DNA from: Nitrospirota bacterium
GTDB lineage: Bacteria; Nitrospirota; UBA9217
Reading direction: 5' to 3'
Assembly (NCBI GenBank): GCA_029858565.1
Contig: JAOUEV010000059.1
Coordinates: 1 to 19,516 of the forward strand
DNA length: 19,516 bases
Shown: positions 9,646-17,740 of the stretch, one piece after another
Layout of the letters: every line of letters begins with the position of its first letter
Numbering within the stretch: the stretch's first letter is position 1
Notes under the pieces: model-generated
Database searches by the model: none
What the model was told of the DNA's origin: nothing
The model's input: the letters and a program-made list of their open reading frames with translations, nothing else
Made by a program: the position numbers and the translations under genes

Positions 9646-11406
9646 CTGTTTCTTTATCGCCTTAAATTTACACGCCCGGTAACAGGCCCCGCATTTGACG
9701 CACTTCGCCGCGTCGATCGCATGGACGACCTTCGGAGCGCCGGTGATGGCGTTGGCGGGGCAGGCGCGGCGGCAGAGGCCGCAGGCCTTGCACTTGTCCG
9801 CGATGACCGAGAAGGTTATGAGCGCGGTGCAGACGCCTGCCGGGCACTTCTTCTCGCGGATATGCGCCAGGTACTCGTCCTTGAAGTGGTTGAAGCTCGT
9901 GAGAAAGGGATTCGGCGCGGTCCTGCCCAGTCCGCAGAGAGACGTGGACGCCATCACGCCGGACAGCCGCTCGAGCGTCTTCAGGTCCTCTTCGGTCCCG
10001 GTCCCCCCGGTGATCTTCGTAAGCAGTTCCAGCATCCGCTTGGTCCCGATCCGGCAAGGCACACACTTGCCGCAGGACTCGCGCTGCAGGAACTCGATGT
10101 AGAACTTGGCGACCGACACGATGCAGTCATCCTCGTCAAAGACCACCATGCCGCCGGAGCCCACGATACTGCCGACACGCGCCAGGTTCTCGTAGTCCAG
10201 CCCCAGGTCCAGCATGGACGTCGGTATGATGCCGCCCGACGGCCCGCCCACCTGGATCGCCTTGAGTGCCTTGTCTCCTTCGATCCCGCCGCCGATGCCG
10301 TACACAATGTCCCGGAACGGCATGCCCATGGGGATCTCCACGAGCCCGTTGTTCCGCACCTTGCCCGAGAGCGTGAAGATCTTGGTGCCTTTGCTGTGTT
10401 CCGTACCGATGGCAGCGAACCAGGCGGATCCCATGCCGATGATGAGCGGAATGTTCGAAAAGGTCTCGGCGTTATTGATGACCGTGGGCTTGCCCCAGAG
10501 GCCGCGATAGGCCGGGAACGGCGGACGGACCCGCGGCATGGCGCGCCTGCCCTCGATGGACTCCATGAGCGCGGTCTCTTCTCCGCATATGAATGCTTCG
10601 GTGCCGAAGCTGAACTCGATGTCGAAGTCAAATCCCGAGCCAAAGAGATCCCTGCCGATGAAACCCCGTTCGCGCGCCTGTACGAGCGCGTTCCTGAGCC
10701 GCTCCACGGACAGGTGGTAGCGCTCACGGATATACAGGTATCCCTTCGACGCGCCCACGGCATACCCCCCGATGAGGAGGCCTTCAATGATCGCCTGAGG
10801 ATTTCCCTCGGCCAGCGGACGGTTCACTTCACCGATATTGCACACAACGTACTTCGTATCGCTCGGTACGCTCCGGCAGGCTTTCCACTTCTCACCGGTG
10901 CGGAACCCGCTCCCGCCCCTGCCGCGCAAGCCTGACCGGATCACCTCATCGACAACACCGTCGGGCGTCATGGTGGTCATGGCCTTCTTCGCTGCCCGAT
11001 AGCCCCGCATGGCAAGGTAATCGTCGATATTGTCCGGATCGATCTCGCCGCAGGGGCCGAGCACGACCTTGCGCTGCTTGGCATTGAAGGACGCGTACTC
11101 GTCCTTGACCGTCCATTCAGCGATCGGCGCGCCGCCGAGCACGTGCTCCTCCACGATCCGCTCCACCATGATAGGCGTGACCGACTGGTAGGTCGTGCGA
11201 CTGTCGTTGGCGATCACATCGACCAGCACGTCCTTGGAGCAGAACCCCCGGCAGCCGACCTTGGACGGCGAACACCGCTTCCCGATCCGGGCCTCGATGC
11301 CCTTTTCGAAAATATAGTGCCGGAACATGCGGAGCACTTCCTCCCCGCCGGCCGCGTTGCCCGAGGTGCCGAGACAGACCTTTATTTCGATGGTGTCGTT
11401 TGCCAT
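9643..11406 (-). CDS. nuoF: NuoF/HydB/HylB-like flavin and Fe-S subunit of the formate dehydrogenase complex
   Basis: N-terminal thioredoxin-like domain, SGLRGRGG, CGEETAL, GGPSGG, ESCGKCVPC..SLCGLG, H..CPAGVC and two C-terminal [4Fe-4S] motifs; start MANDTIE at 11406, just after the nuoE-like stop. Confidence 0.9.
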   Translation of the reverse strand: MANDTIEIKVCLGTSGNAAGGEEVLRMFRHYIFEKGIEARIGKRCSPSKVGCRGFCSKDVLVDVIANDSRTTYQSVTPIMVERIVEEHVLGGAPIAEWTVKDEYASFNAKQRKVVLGPCGEIDPDNIDDYLAMRGYRAAKKAMTTMTPDGVVDEVIRSGLRGRGGSGFRTGEKWKACRSVPSDTKYVVCNIGEVNRPLAEGNPQAIIEGLLIGGYAVGASKGYLYIRERYHLSVERLRNALVQARERGFIGRDLFGSGFDFDIEFSFGTEAFICGEETALMESIEGRRAMPRVRPPFPAYRGLWGKPTVINNAETFSNIPLIIGMGSAWFAAIGTEHSKGTKIFTLSGKVRNNGLVEIPMGMPFRDIVYGIGGGIEGDKALKAIQVGGPSGGIIPTSMLDLGLDYENLARVGSIVGSGGMVVFDEDDCIVSVAKFYIEFLQRESCGKCVPCRIGTKRMLELLTKITGGTGTEEDLKTLERLSGVMASTSLCGLGRTAPNPFLTSFNHFKDEYLAHIREKKCPAGVCTALITFSVIADKCKACGLCRRACPANAITGAPKVVHAIDAAKCVKCGACYRACKFKAIKKQ

Positions 11407-11411
11407 GAATC

Positions 11412-11891
11412 TTAGATATACCCCAGGAACTCCTCGCGCTCGTACCCCGTGATCAGCTTGGTCACCTTGACCGGGTCCATGCCGCTGTGCACCTGCTTGT
11501 TCATGATCACCACCGGCGCGATGTTGCAGGCGCCGATGCAGGTCGCCTTTTCGAGCGTGAACTTGAGGTCCGGGGTGGTATCCTCGTCGCCCGTGAGGTT
11601 CAGGGTCTCCCGGGCCTTGTCCAGGATCTTGTCCGCGCCCTTGATGTGGCAGGCAGCGCCGCAGCAGACCGTGAGCGTGTTCTTGCCAACGGGCTTGGTG
11701 CGGAACTTGGGATAGAACGTGATCACGCCGAAGAACCGGCTCGCCGGAATGTCCAGGCGCTCGGCGAACCAGTCCACGTTCTCCGGAGCGATATGGCCGA
11801 AGGTCTCCTGGATGCGCTGGAGCAGCATGATCAGATTGCCGCCCGTGCGCTTGTGTTCGTTCAGTATCTTGGTGAGTACTTTGTCTTCCAT
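11412..11891 (-). CDS. nuoE: NuoE/HydC/HylC-like [2Fe-2S] subunit
   Basis: LQRIQETFG, GVITFY, C-x4-C (CCGAAC) and C-x3-C (CIGAC..APV) motifs. Confidence 0.92.
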   Translation of the reverse strand: MEDKVLTKILNEHKRTGGNLIMLLQRIQETFGHIAPENVDWFAERLDIPASRFFGVITFYPKFRTKPVGKNTLTVCCGAACHIKGADKILDKARETLNLTGDEDTTPDLKFTLEKATCIGACNIAPVVIMNKQVHSGMDPVKVTKLITGYEREEFLGYI

Positions 11892-11908
11892 AGTAATCCC
11901 CGAAACAC

Positions 11909-11943
11909 AGCGAGCCGCCGGAATGTTCCGCCGGCGGCTCGCT
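11909..11943. terminator. Perfect 13-bp GC-rich hairpin between acsB and the nuoE-like gene (partial terminator or stabiliser)
   Basis: AGCGAGCCGCCGG (11909-11921) / CCGGCGGCTCGCT (11931-11943); only a weak GTGTTT tail on the minus strand. Confidence 0.6.
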
Positions 11944-12023
11944 CAAAAGCCTGACAACCGTGGTCACCGGCGAAGGAACGCTTTTGTAAATATGCGTCTG
12001 CGCCGGCCTTCCACCGGTAAGAT

Positions 12024-14225
12024 TTAGAACATGGGATCCATGGTGAGCGCCGGGTGGCCTTTTTCCGCGAGGAACGCCATAAGCTTCTCTGAATCCTCGG
12101 CAACGGTCTCATCAGCGACCTTGTCCAGAAGATCGGGCATGCCTTCCTCGGCGGCCCGCTTCTTGAACTCCTCGGCAAAGGACTCTTTCAGGTTCTTGGT
12201 CATCCAGACAATGCGCTTGAACCCGCCGTCCGCGGACAGGAACTTCCTGCTGGTCAGGAAGAACCGGCCGATGCCCATGAAGCCGGGCGTCTGGGCGCCG
12301 CCGCCCACAGTGCCGGCCAGGGTCGAGAACTTCATGCCGATCGGGGTCATGCCGGTGAAGCCGCGGTTCACGACCATCACGCCGTTCGCCTCGGGCACGA
12401 TTGCCACGATGCACTCGAAGCAGCCGCAGGAGGTCATGGGGTTGTCCATGATGGTGTAAGCGTTGAAATATTCCAGGGCCTGGTGGGAATTCTTGTACAC
12501 ATATTCATCCACACCCTTCCAGCGGCCTTTCTTCTCGTCAACGATCTCGCCCTTTACCACGGGCTGGTTAGCGCCGTTGGGATCGATCTCGTAAGCGGCC
12601 TTGGCGTCAAGCCAGTTGTAGGCCCCGCAGAGACCGAGCCGCTCGGGCGACACCACGCACACATGGTTCGGCGCGAAGCTCTGGCAAAGGATGCAGGAAT
12701 AGAACGTGTCCACGGACTCGTCGGTCATGGACGCGAGACGCACGTCGCGCTCGTGATAGGCCTTCAATGCCTCGGCGTGATGCTTCTTCACGTCGGCCTC
12801 GTCCACGTATAGCGTGACCTGAACCTTGTCCACGATGTTCGCGAACTTGTGCTTCAGCTGCGTCGCAAGGATATCGCCGAAATGACGGAGCTGGAAGCCC
12901 TCGGCAAGTGCGGCCTTGCTCACGCGGAACCAGTTCTGGTCGCGCTGGCCCATGTGCCAGATGCCCTGGGCTTCGTTCACGAAGTGGTGGATCTTGCGCT
13001 CGAGCACGGGCTCGAAGTCCTTCTGCATCTTGCGGCCCGCGACCTCGATGTACATGCCGAGGGGCATCTTGCCGCCCGCCTGGTAGCGGTTCTCGGCGTC
13101 TGCGCCGATGATCGTGACCTTGCCGTCCTCGACCTTGTCGAGATCAACAGTGTTGAGCCATTCAAAGGCCGGCGTGCGCTGGCCGCCGAACTCGATATGC
13201 ATGTCCTCTTTGCGGATGCGCTCGCCTTCGAACGCGGGGCCGTAGGCCACGGGAATGGGCGGCTTGGAGACCGTGATCTTGAGTCCGCGCACCTCGATGC
13301 ACTTCTGCACCAGGTTCTTGGGATCGAGCTCCTTGGCAACTTCCTCGTAGATCGTGACGCCCGTGGGATGGATGGTCGGAATGTCGGTGTTGGCGATTGC
13401 CGGGAAGCCCATGTTGATCGCGCCGGCGCCGGTGGTCCAGATCCGGTCGTTCAGGGGACCGAGCACCATGGCGAAAGCGAACACCTTGTCCTTGGAGTAC
13501 TTGAGGATCTTCTTGTAGTCTCCGCCCTTCATGCCGCCGAAGGTAATTCCCGCGCGGGCAGCCCAGTGCAACGCATAGATGGCATGCTCCACTTCGGGGC
13601 CCAGCGGCACGAGCCGCGTGTCCCAGCCGAGCTGCACGCCTTTCCTGAGCAGCTGCTTGGTCATGCTCTCGCCGTTCACATTGCCGCAGAGGAAGGTGAG
13701 GATGTTCTTCTGCTGCAGGTCCCGGGCGATCTCGAATGCCTGGTCGTCGCTGTCAGCCGCGCCGATGATGCAGACATAGCCGGGCATGGACCCGTCCACT
13801 AGCTGCACACCCAGATTCCGGAGGATCGTGTCGGAGATGAACCCGTTGTAGGTGAGGCCGATGGAATCGTCCTTCACCGGCTCCTGGCCGTAGATGTAGC
13901 GAATGGCCATGATGATCTCCTGGGCAAAGAGCGTCGCCATGCCGGCGTCAAGCGCCTCGCCGAGGTAGGGCACATAGAGCTTTTCTATGGGAGCCTCGGT
14001 GAGAAGCGGCTTCACTTTCTCCGCCAGGGCCGTCTTCATGTCCCCGAGGGTCCGGACCTCAAAACCCGTCATGGAGAATATCTGGGGCAGGAAGTACGCG
14101 GTGTCCGGGAACTCGAACTTGAAGTCCGCGCCCTTTTCAGATATGGCCTTTTCGACCAGTGCTTCGGCCTGCTTCACATAGTAGTGGGAACCGAGGATGG
14201 CTCCGGTAGCGATCGCTTTTGACAT
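12024..14225 (-). CDS. acsB: Acetyl-CoA synthase (CO-methylating), bacterial long form
   Basis: FPDTAYFLP N-terminal domain; A-cluster motifs FYSCILCQSFAPNHVC, RLGLCGA and PMTSCGCFEC. Confidence 0.97.
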   Translation of the reverse strand: MSKAIATGAILGSHYYVKQAEALVEKAISEKGADFKFEFPDTAYFLPQIFSMTGFEVRTLGDMKTALAEKVKPLLTEAPIEKLYVPYLGEALDAGMATLFAQEIIMAIRYIYGQEPVKDDSIGLTYNGFISDTILRNLGVQLVDGSMPGYVCIIGAADSDDQAFEIARDLQQKNILTFLCGNVNGESMTKQLLRKGVQLGWDTRLVPLGPEVEHAIYALHWAARAGITFGGMKGGDYKKILKYSKDKVFAFAMVLGPLNDRIWTTGAGAINMGFPAIANTDIPTIHPTGVTIYEEVAKELDPKNLVQKCIEVRGLKITVSKPPIPVAYGPAFEGERIRKEDMHIEFGGQRTPAFEWLNTVDLDKVEDGKVTIIGADAENRYQAGGKMPLGMYIEVAGRKMQKDFEPVLERKIHHFVNEAQGIWHMGQRDQNWFRVSKAALAEGFQLRHFGDILATQLKHKFANIVDKVQVTLYVDEADVKKHHAEALKAYHERDVRLASMTDESVDTFYSCILCQSFAPNHVCVVSPERLGLCGAYNWLDAKAAYEIDPNGANQPVVKGEIVDEKKGRWKGVDEYVYKNSHQALEYFNAYTIMDNPMTSCGCFECIVAIVPEANGVMVVNRGFTGMTPIGMKFSTLAGTVGGGAQTPGFMGIGRFFLTSRKFLSADGGFKRIVWMTKNLKESFAEEFKKRAAEEGMPDLLDKVADETVAEDSEKLMAFLAEKGHPALTMDPMF

Positions 14226-14250
14226 CGGTCTACTCCTTATAGAGAACTAT

Positions 14251-14333
14251 TTCACCACGGAGGCACTGAGGTCACGGAGAAAATCTGTTTTTAAATCCTG
14301 CTTTCCTCTGTGTCTCTGTGTCTCTGTGGTGGA
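14251..14333. repeat. Inverted 8/9-mer array hairpin element (TTCACCACRGAG family), copy 1
   Basis: TTCACCACGGAG GCACTGAG GTCACGGAG ... CTCTGTGT CTCTGTGT CTCTGTGGTGGA. Confidence 0.85.
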
Positions 14334-14341
14334 TTAAGATA

Positions 14342-15682
14342 TTACGCTCTTCCCTTCAGGAAGGTCGGGATCTGGTTCGCTTCACGCGGGCCAACGGTGA
14401 TCTTCCAGCCCGGCAGTTTCTCCTCAAGAGCGCCGGACAGCACGGCCACGTAGCCGGGGATGATCAGTTCCTTGGTGGTGACGCTCTTCTCCACACCGCT
14501 CTCCTGGATGAACGTCGCGATCTTGCTGGCCGTGAACTTTCCGGCGGCCCATGCCGTGAGAACGGACAGGCCTTCGTTGTCCATGACCGCGATCCACGAC
14601 GGGACCTTGCTGTTCTCCACTTCGCCGCGCACGATGAAGTAGGAAAGCGAGAAGTTGGTGGTGATCATGAGCGGCGACTTGTCGGTAGCCTCGCCGATCT
14701 TGTAGATATCCTGCTTCACCTGCATGGGCACCTGCGGGTCGGTGTAGATGTTCTGGCGCAGCGACAGAAGCGCCAGCATCTTCCACTTCTCCACGCTGTT
14801 CACCACGATGATGGACGCGTACTTCATCACACCGATCGCCGCCGCCATAGCCTCGGAGAGCGAATCACCGCGCTCCGCAAAGGAGATGATCGGGAAGCCC
14901 AGGGGCTTGAAGTTCTTCTTGATCGCCGCGCGGCGGATGATCGTGTACTGCTCGATCATATCCTTTGCCTTGCGCGCGCCGGAATCGAGCACCAGGTCCT
15001 CGACACCCATGGCCTTGACCTTGTCGGACAGGGCTTCGAGCGCCTCAAGGCCCGCTGCCGAGACCACGAGGGACGCCTTCTTCTCCTTGGCGATCTTGGC
15101 CATGGCGTCGGCATTGTCCGCGGTCGCGCCGCAGATGAGCGGCTTCTTGTCCGCGCAGTGCGCGATGCCTGCTTCGATCACCGCCGGGTTCGCGCTGACG
15201 AGGATGACCGGCACGCCGGGCGCCCCGTCCACGACCTGCTTCACCACCGAGGCGAACTTGGCCGCGTCGCCGCCGTCGTCGGTCACCGCGATCGCGTCGA
15301 CCCGGAGCTTCTGGCCGACCCGGTCGATCTCCGAGGTCTTCACCATCTCGATCTTCTTGGCCGCGGCATCGCCGGCTTCCGACGATTTGATGGACACGGC
15401 GAACGCACAGGGATTAAAGAACTTCTTCTCATGCCGGAACAGGCAGATCTCGCCGCCCACCTTCACTGCCTTGTCGCCGGCGCCGATGGTGATGTCCCTG
15501 ATCGGGGGCGCAGCGGCCTCGCCGAGCACCTTCTTCGCGTCCGCCGACGCGTCTGGGCAGGCATCGAGGCTGGCCTGTTTTGCCGCAAGCTTCATGGCGA
15601 AAGCAAGGCAGGTCGGGTGACCGCACTTCTTGCAGTTCGTCTTGGGAAGATATTTGAATATTTCAACACCGGAAAGTGCCAT
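14342..15682 (-). CDS. acsC: Corrinoid iron-sulfur protein large (gamma) subunit
   Basis: LPKTNCKKCGHPTCLAFA..CP, LFRHEK, RQNIYTDPQVP, TTNFSLSYF, SVLTAWAAGKF and VGPREA. Confidence 0.97.
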   Translation of the reverse strand: MALSGVEIFKYLPKTNCKKCGHPTCLAFAMKLAAKQASLDACPDASADAKKVLGEAAAPPIRDITIGAGDKAVKVGGEICLFRHEKKFFNPCAFAVSIKSSEAGDAAAKKIEMVKTSEIDRVGQKLRVDAIAVTDDGGDAAKFASVVKQVVDGAPGVPVILVSANPAVIEAGIAHCADKKPLICGATADNADAMAKIAKEKKASLVVSAAGLEALEALSDKVKAMGVEDLVLDSGARKAKDMIEQYTIIRRAAIKKNFKPLGFPIISFAERGDSLSEAMAAAIGVMKYASIIVVNSVEKWKMLALLSLRQNIYTDPQVPMQVKQDIYKIGEATDKSPLMITTNFSLSYFIVRGEVENSKVPSWIAVMDNEGLSVLTAWAAGKFTASKIATFIQESGVEKSVTTKELIIPGYVAVLSGALEEKLPGWKITVGPREANQIPTFLKGRA

Positions 15683-15705
15683 GTGATGCTCCTTTCAAAA
15701 TCTTT

Positions 15706-15767
15706 TTCACCGCAGAGGACGCGGAGACTCTTTTCCCTTCTCCGTGCCTCCGTGACTCCGTGGTGGA
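15706..15767. repeat. Inverted 8/9-mer array hairpin element, copy 2
   Basis: TTCACCGCAGAG GACGCGGAG ... CTCCGTGC CTCCGTGA CTCCGTGGTGGA. Confidence 0.85.
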
Positions 15768-15774
15768 CTTGTTT

Positions 15775-16713
15775 TTACATCAGGTCCGCGATCAGTTCCT
15801 TTGCCTTGGCCATGGCGCCGGGATGGCGCATGATCAGCATATCCGCTCCCGCGGTCAGCATGCCCGAGGCAGTGATGGCCTCCCAGGCAAGCGCACGGTC
15901 CGCGAGGCCGCCCCATTCGGGCATTTCCGCGTCCGGAGCGATCGTTTCCTTGACCTTCCAGACGTTCAGGCCGATATCACAGATGATCGGCGTCTGCATC
16001 ATGGGATCGTTCTGGAGCAGCGCGGCCTGACGGATGCGCTCCATCACGCTGTAGGTGTACTCCATGCCGTAGCCCAGGGCCGAGGACATGGGGTCCATGA
16101 TGATGCGCTCCTTGGCGAAGCCCATCTGGGAAAGCAGGATGTTCAGCTGCTTTGCCAGGTTCACGTCCAGCTGGCTCATGGCGATCAGCTTGTGGTCATT
16201 TGCCATGGCAGCAGCAGCCACGGTCTTGTAGTTCTCTTCAACCGCCTTGCCGATTGCGCAGTTCTTGCCGCGCACCGCTGCGGCAACAGCCTGGAGGACC
16301 TGAGTGTCCTTTTCCACGTGGCCGCTGCCCAGGATAACGAGCGGGATATCCACCGCCGCAGCAACTTCCGCCGCGGTCTTGGCCGCGTCCTCGGCGCTGC
16401 GGTTCTTCTGGTCCGGGTGCGTGCCGATCAGGCGGAGCGCTACCATGTCAGCGCCCTGCTCCTGGCAGAACTTTGCCCATTGCACCGGGCTCGCCGATGC
16501 GCCCGACACGGCCTTCTTCACCGTCTCCGGCCAGTCTTCGGGAGCGATGTCCATCACTTCCAGCGCCACCGCCGGTTTGTGGGGGAAGGTGCCCTCGAAG
16601 CCCAGGAACGGAAGGGCGTTCGCGCCGCCGATGGTCACGGTCTTTGCGCCGCTTCCGAGCTGTACTTCATAGATCTTGCCGCTATAGGATTCTTTGGGAA
16701 CTACGAGTGCCAT
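15775..16713 (-). CDS. acsD: Corrinoid iron-sulfur protein small (delta) subunit
   Basis: YSGKIYEV, LDVNLAKQLN, MDPMSSALGYGMEYTYSVMERIR and MRHP; GAGGAGG RBS. Confidence 0.96.
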   Translation of the reverse strand: MALVVPKESYSGKIYEVQLGSGAKTVTIGGANALPFLGFEGTFPHKPAVALEVMDIAPEDWPETVKKAVSGASASPVQWAKFCQEQGADMVALRLIGTHPDQKNRSAEDAAKTAAEVAAAVDIPLVILGSGHVEKDTQVLQAVAAAVRGKNCAIGKAVEENYKTVAAAAMANDHKLIAMSQLDVNLAKQLNILLSQMGFAKERIIMDPMSSALGYGMEYTYSVMERIRQAALLQNDPMMQTPIICDIGLNVWKVKETIAPDAEMPEWGGLADRALAWEAITASGMLTAGADMLIMRHPGAMAKAKELIADLM

Positions 16714-16741
16714 ACCAGCCTCCTCGAAAAAGGTGTTGCCT

Positions 16742-16804
16742 ATATTAACAAAATTCGTTTTTCAGAACAATCACAATCGTGTCAAAGAGTAACAAAATTC
16801 ACAA
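16742..16804 (-). promoter_or_regulatory. Internal promoter for acsDCB with repeated operator-like motif
   Basis: Minus strand TTGTTC (16770-16765), 17 bp, TAATAT (16747-16742) with extended TG; 11-bp direct repeat TAACAAAATTC at 16746-16756 and 16790-16800. Confidence 0.55.
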
Positions 16805-16849
16805 GTTGCCGATTTAAATCTTCTGCAACTCAAATATGCTGCCAGAAGC

Positions 16850-17638
16850 CTACATATCCAGATAGGAATGGGCGTACATCTTCTTGCCCATGATCATCTC
16901 CACGGTCTTGACCGTGTCCATCATGTCCTTGTCCAGCGGATCGATGATAGCGGCCGAGAGTCCCTCGTACAGAAGCATGGCAAGATAGTTCCGGTTGATG
17001 ATGGGACGCACGGCCTTGGGCGCGCCGTTCGAGATGTTCGACAGGCCGACCACGGTGTTCATCGGCGGATCGTTCAGCTGCTGGAACATCTTGATGGCCC
17101 GGATCGCCTGCAGCCCCTGGTCCTGCATGGTGCAGATCTGGAGGATCAGCGGATCGAGGAAGATGTTCTCCATGGGCACGCCGTACTCCATGCCGCGGGC
17201 CATGATCTCCGAGGCGATCACGCAGCGGTCCTCGGCATCGGCCGGGATGCTGCCCTTGCCGAGCGTCAGGGCGATGATCTTGGCGTTGTACTTGCCCGCC
17301 AGCTCCATCATGGGAAAGCGCTCGGGCTCGTTGGAGGTCGAGTTGATGAGCGGCACGCCCCACTTGTTGTTGTGCGCCTTGAGGCCCGCTTCCATGGCCT
17401 TCACGTTGGTGGTGTCGAGGCAGAGGGGCTTTTCAACCACCTCATGCACGACCTTCACAGCCCAGTCCATGAGCTCGGGACCGTTCTCCTCGGCCGGACC
17501 GATGGAAACGTCGATAAAGGTCGCGCCTGCCTTTGCCTGCGCCACGGCAAGCTCCTGCAGCGGCTTGGGATCGTGGTTCGCCAGCGCTTCCCGAACTTTC
17601 TTCGCGATAACGCTGATCTTCTCTCCGATAATGATCAT
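16850..17638 (-). CDS. acsE: Methyltetrahydrofolate:corrinoid/Fe-S protein methyltransferase
   Basis: MIIIGEKI, PLCLDTTN, LINST, IFLDPLIL and GLSNISNG pterin-binding barrel motifs; acs context. Confidence 0.95.
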   Translation of the reverse strand: MIIIGEKISVIAKKVREALANHDPKPLQELAVAQAKAGATFIDVSIGPAEENGPELMDWAVKVVHEVVEKPLCLDTTNVKAMEAGLKAHNNKWGVPLINSTSNEPERFPMMELAGKYNAKIIALTLGKGSIPADAEDRCVIASEIMARGMEYGVPMENIFLDPLILQICTMQDQGLQAIRAIKMFQQLNDPPMNTVVGLSNISNGAPKAVRPIINRNYLAMLLYEGLSAAIIDPLDKDMMDTVKTVEMIMGKKMYAHSYLDM

Positions 17639-17705
17639 CTGCTCTTCCTCGCTTTCACTGTATATAAAACCTGCGAACTTCTCGAACCGGATGCATGGGC
17701 TTTTT

Positions 17706-17740
17706 CATTCCGAATTCCGCATCCCGAATTCCGCATTTCT
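17706..17740. repeat. Heptamer tandem array (MATTCCG x5) abutting the DUF2520 gene stop
   Basis: cattccg aattccg catcccg aattccg catttct. Confidence 0.8.

Noticed and set aside
11407-11967. N-terminal extension of the 774-aa ORF 9643-11967
   Set aside because: Overlaps the real nuoE-like gene in another frame and has no homology signal; NuoF-like sequence begins at ATG 11406.
14318-16030. 570-aa plus-strand ORF and other long antisense ORFs over acs and fdh genes
   Set aside because: Shadow frames opposite well-supported genes.
16780-16785. Perfect TTGACA on the minus strand as the acsD -35
   Set aside because: No acceptable -10 at 16-18 bp; the TTGTTC/TAATAT pair fits better.
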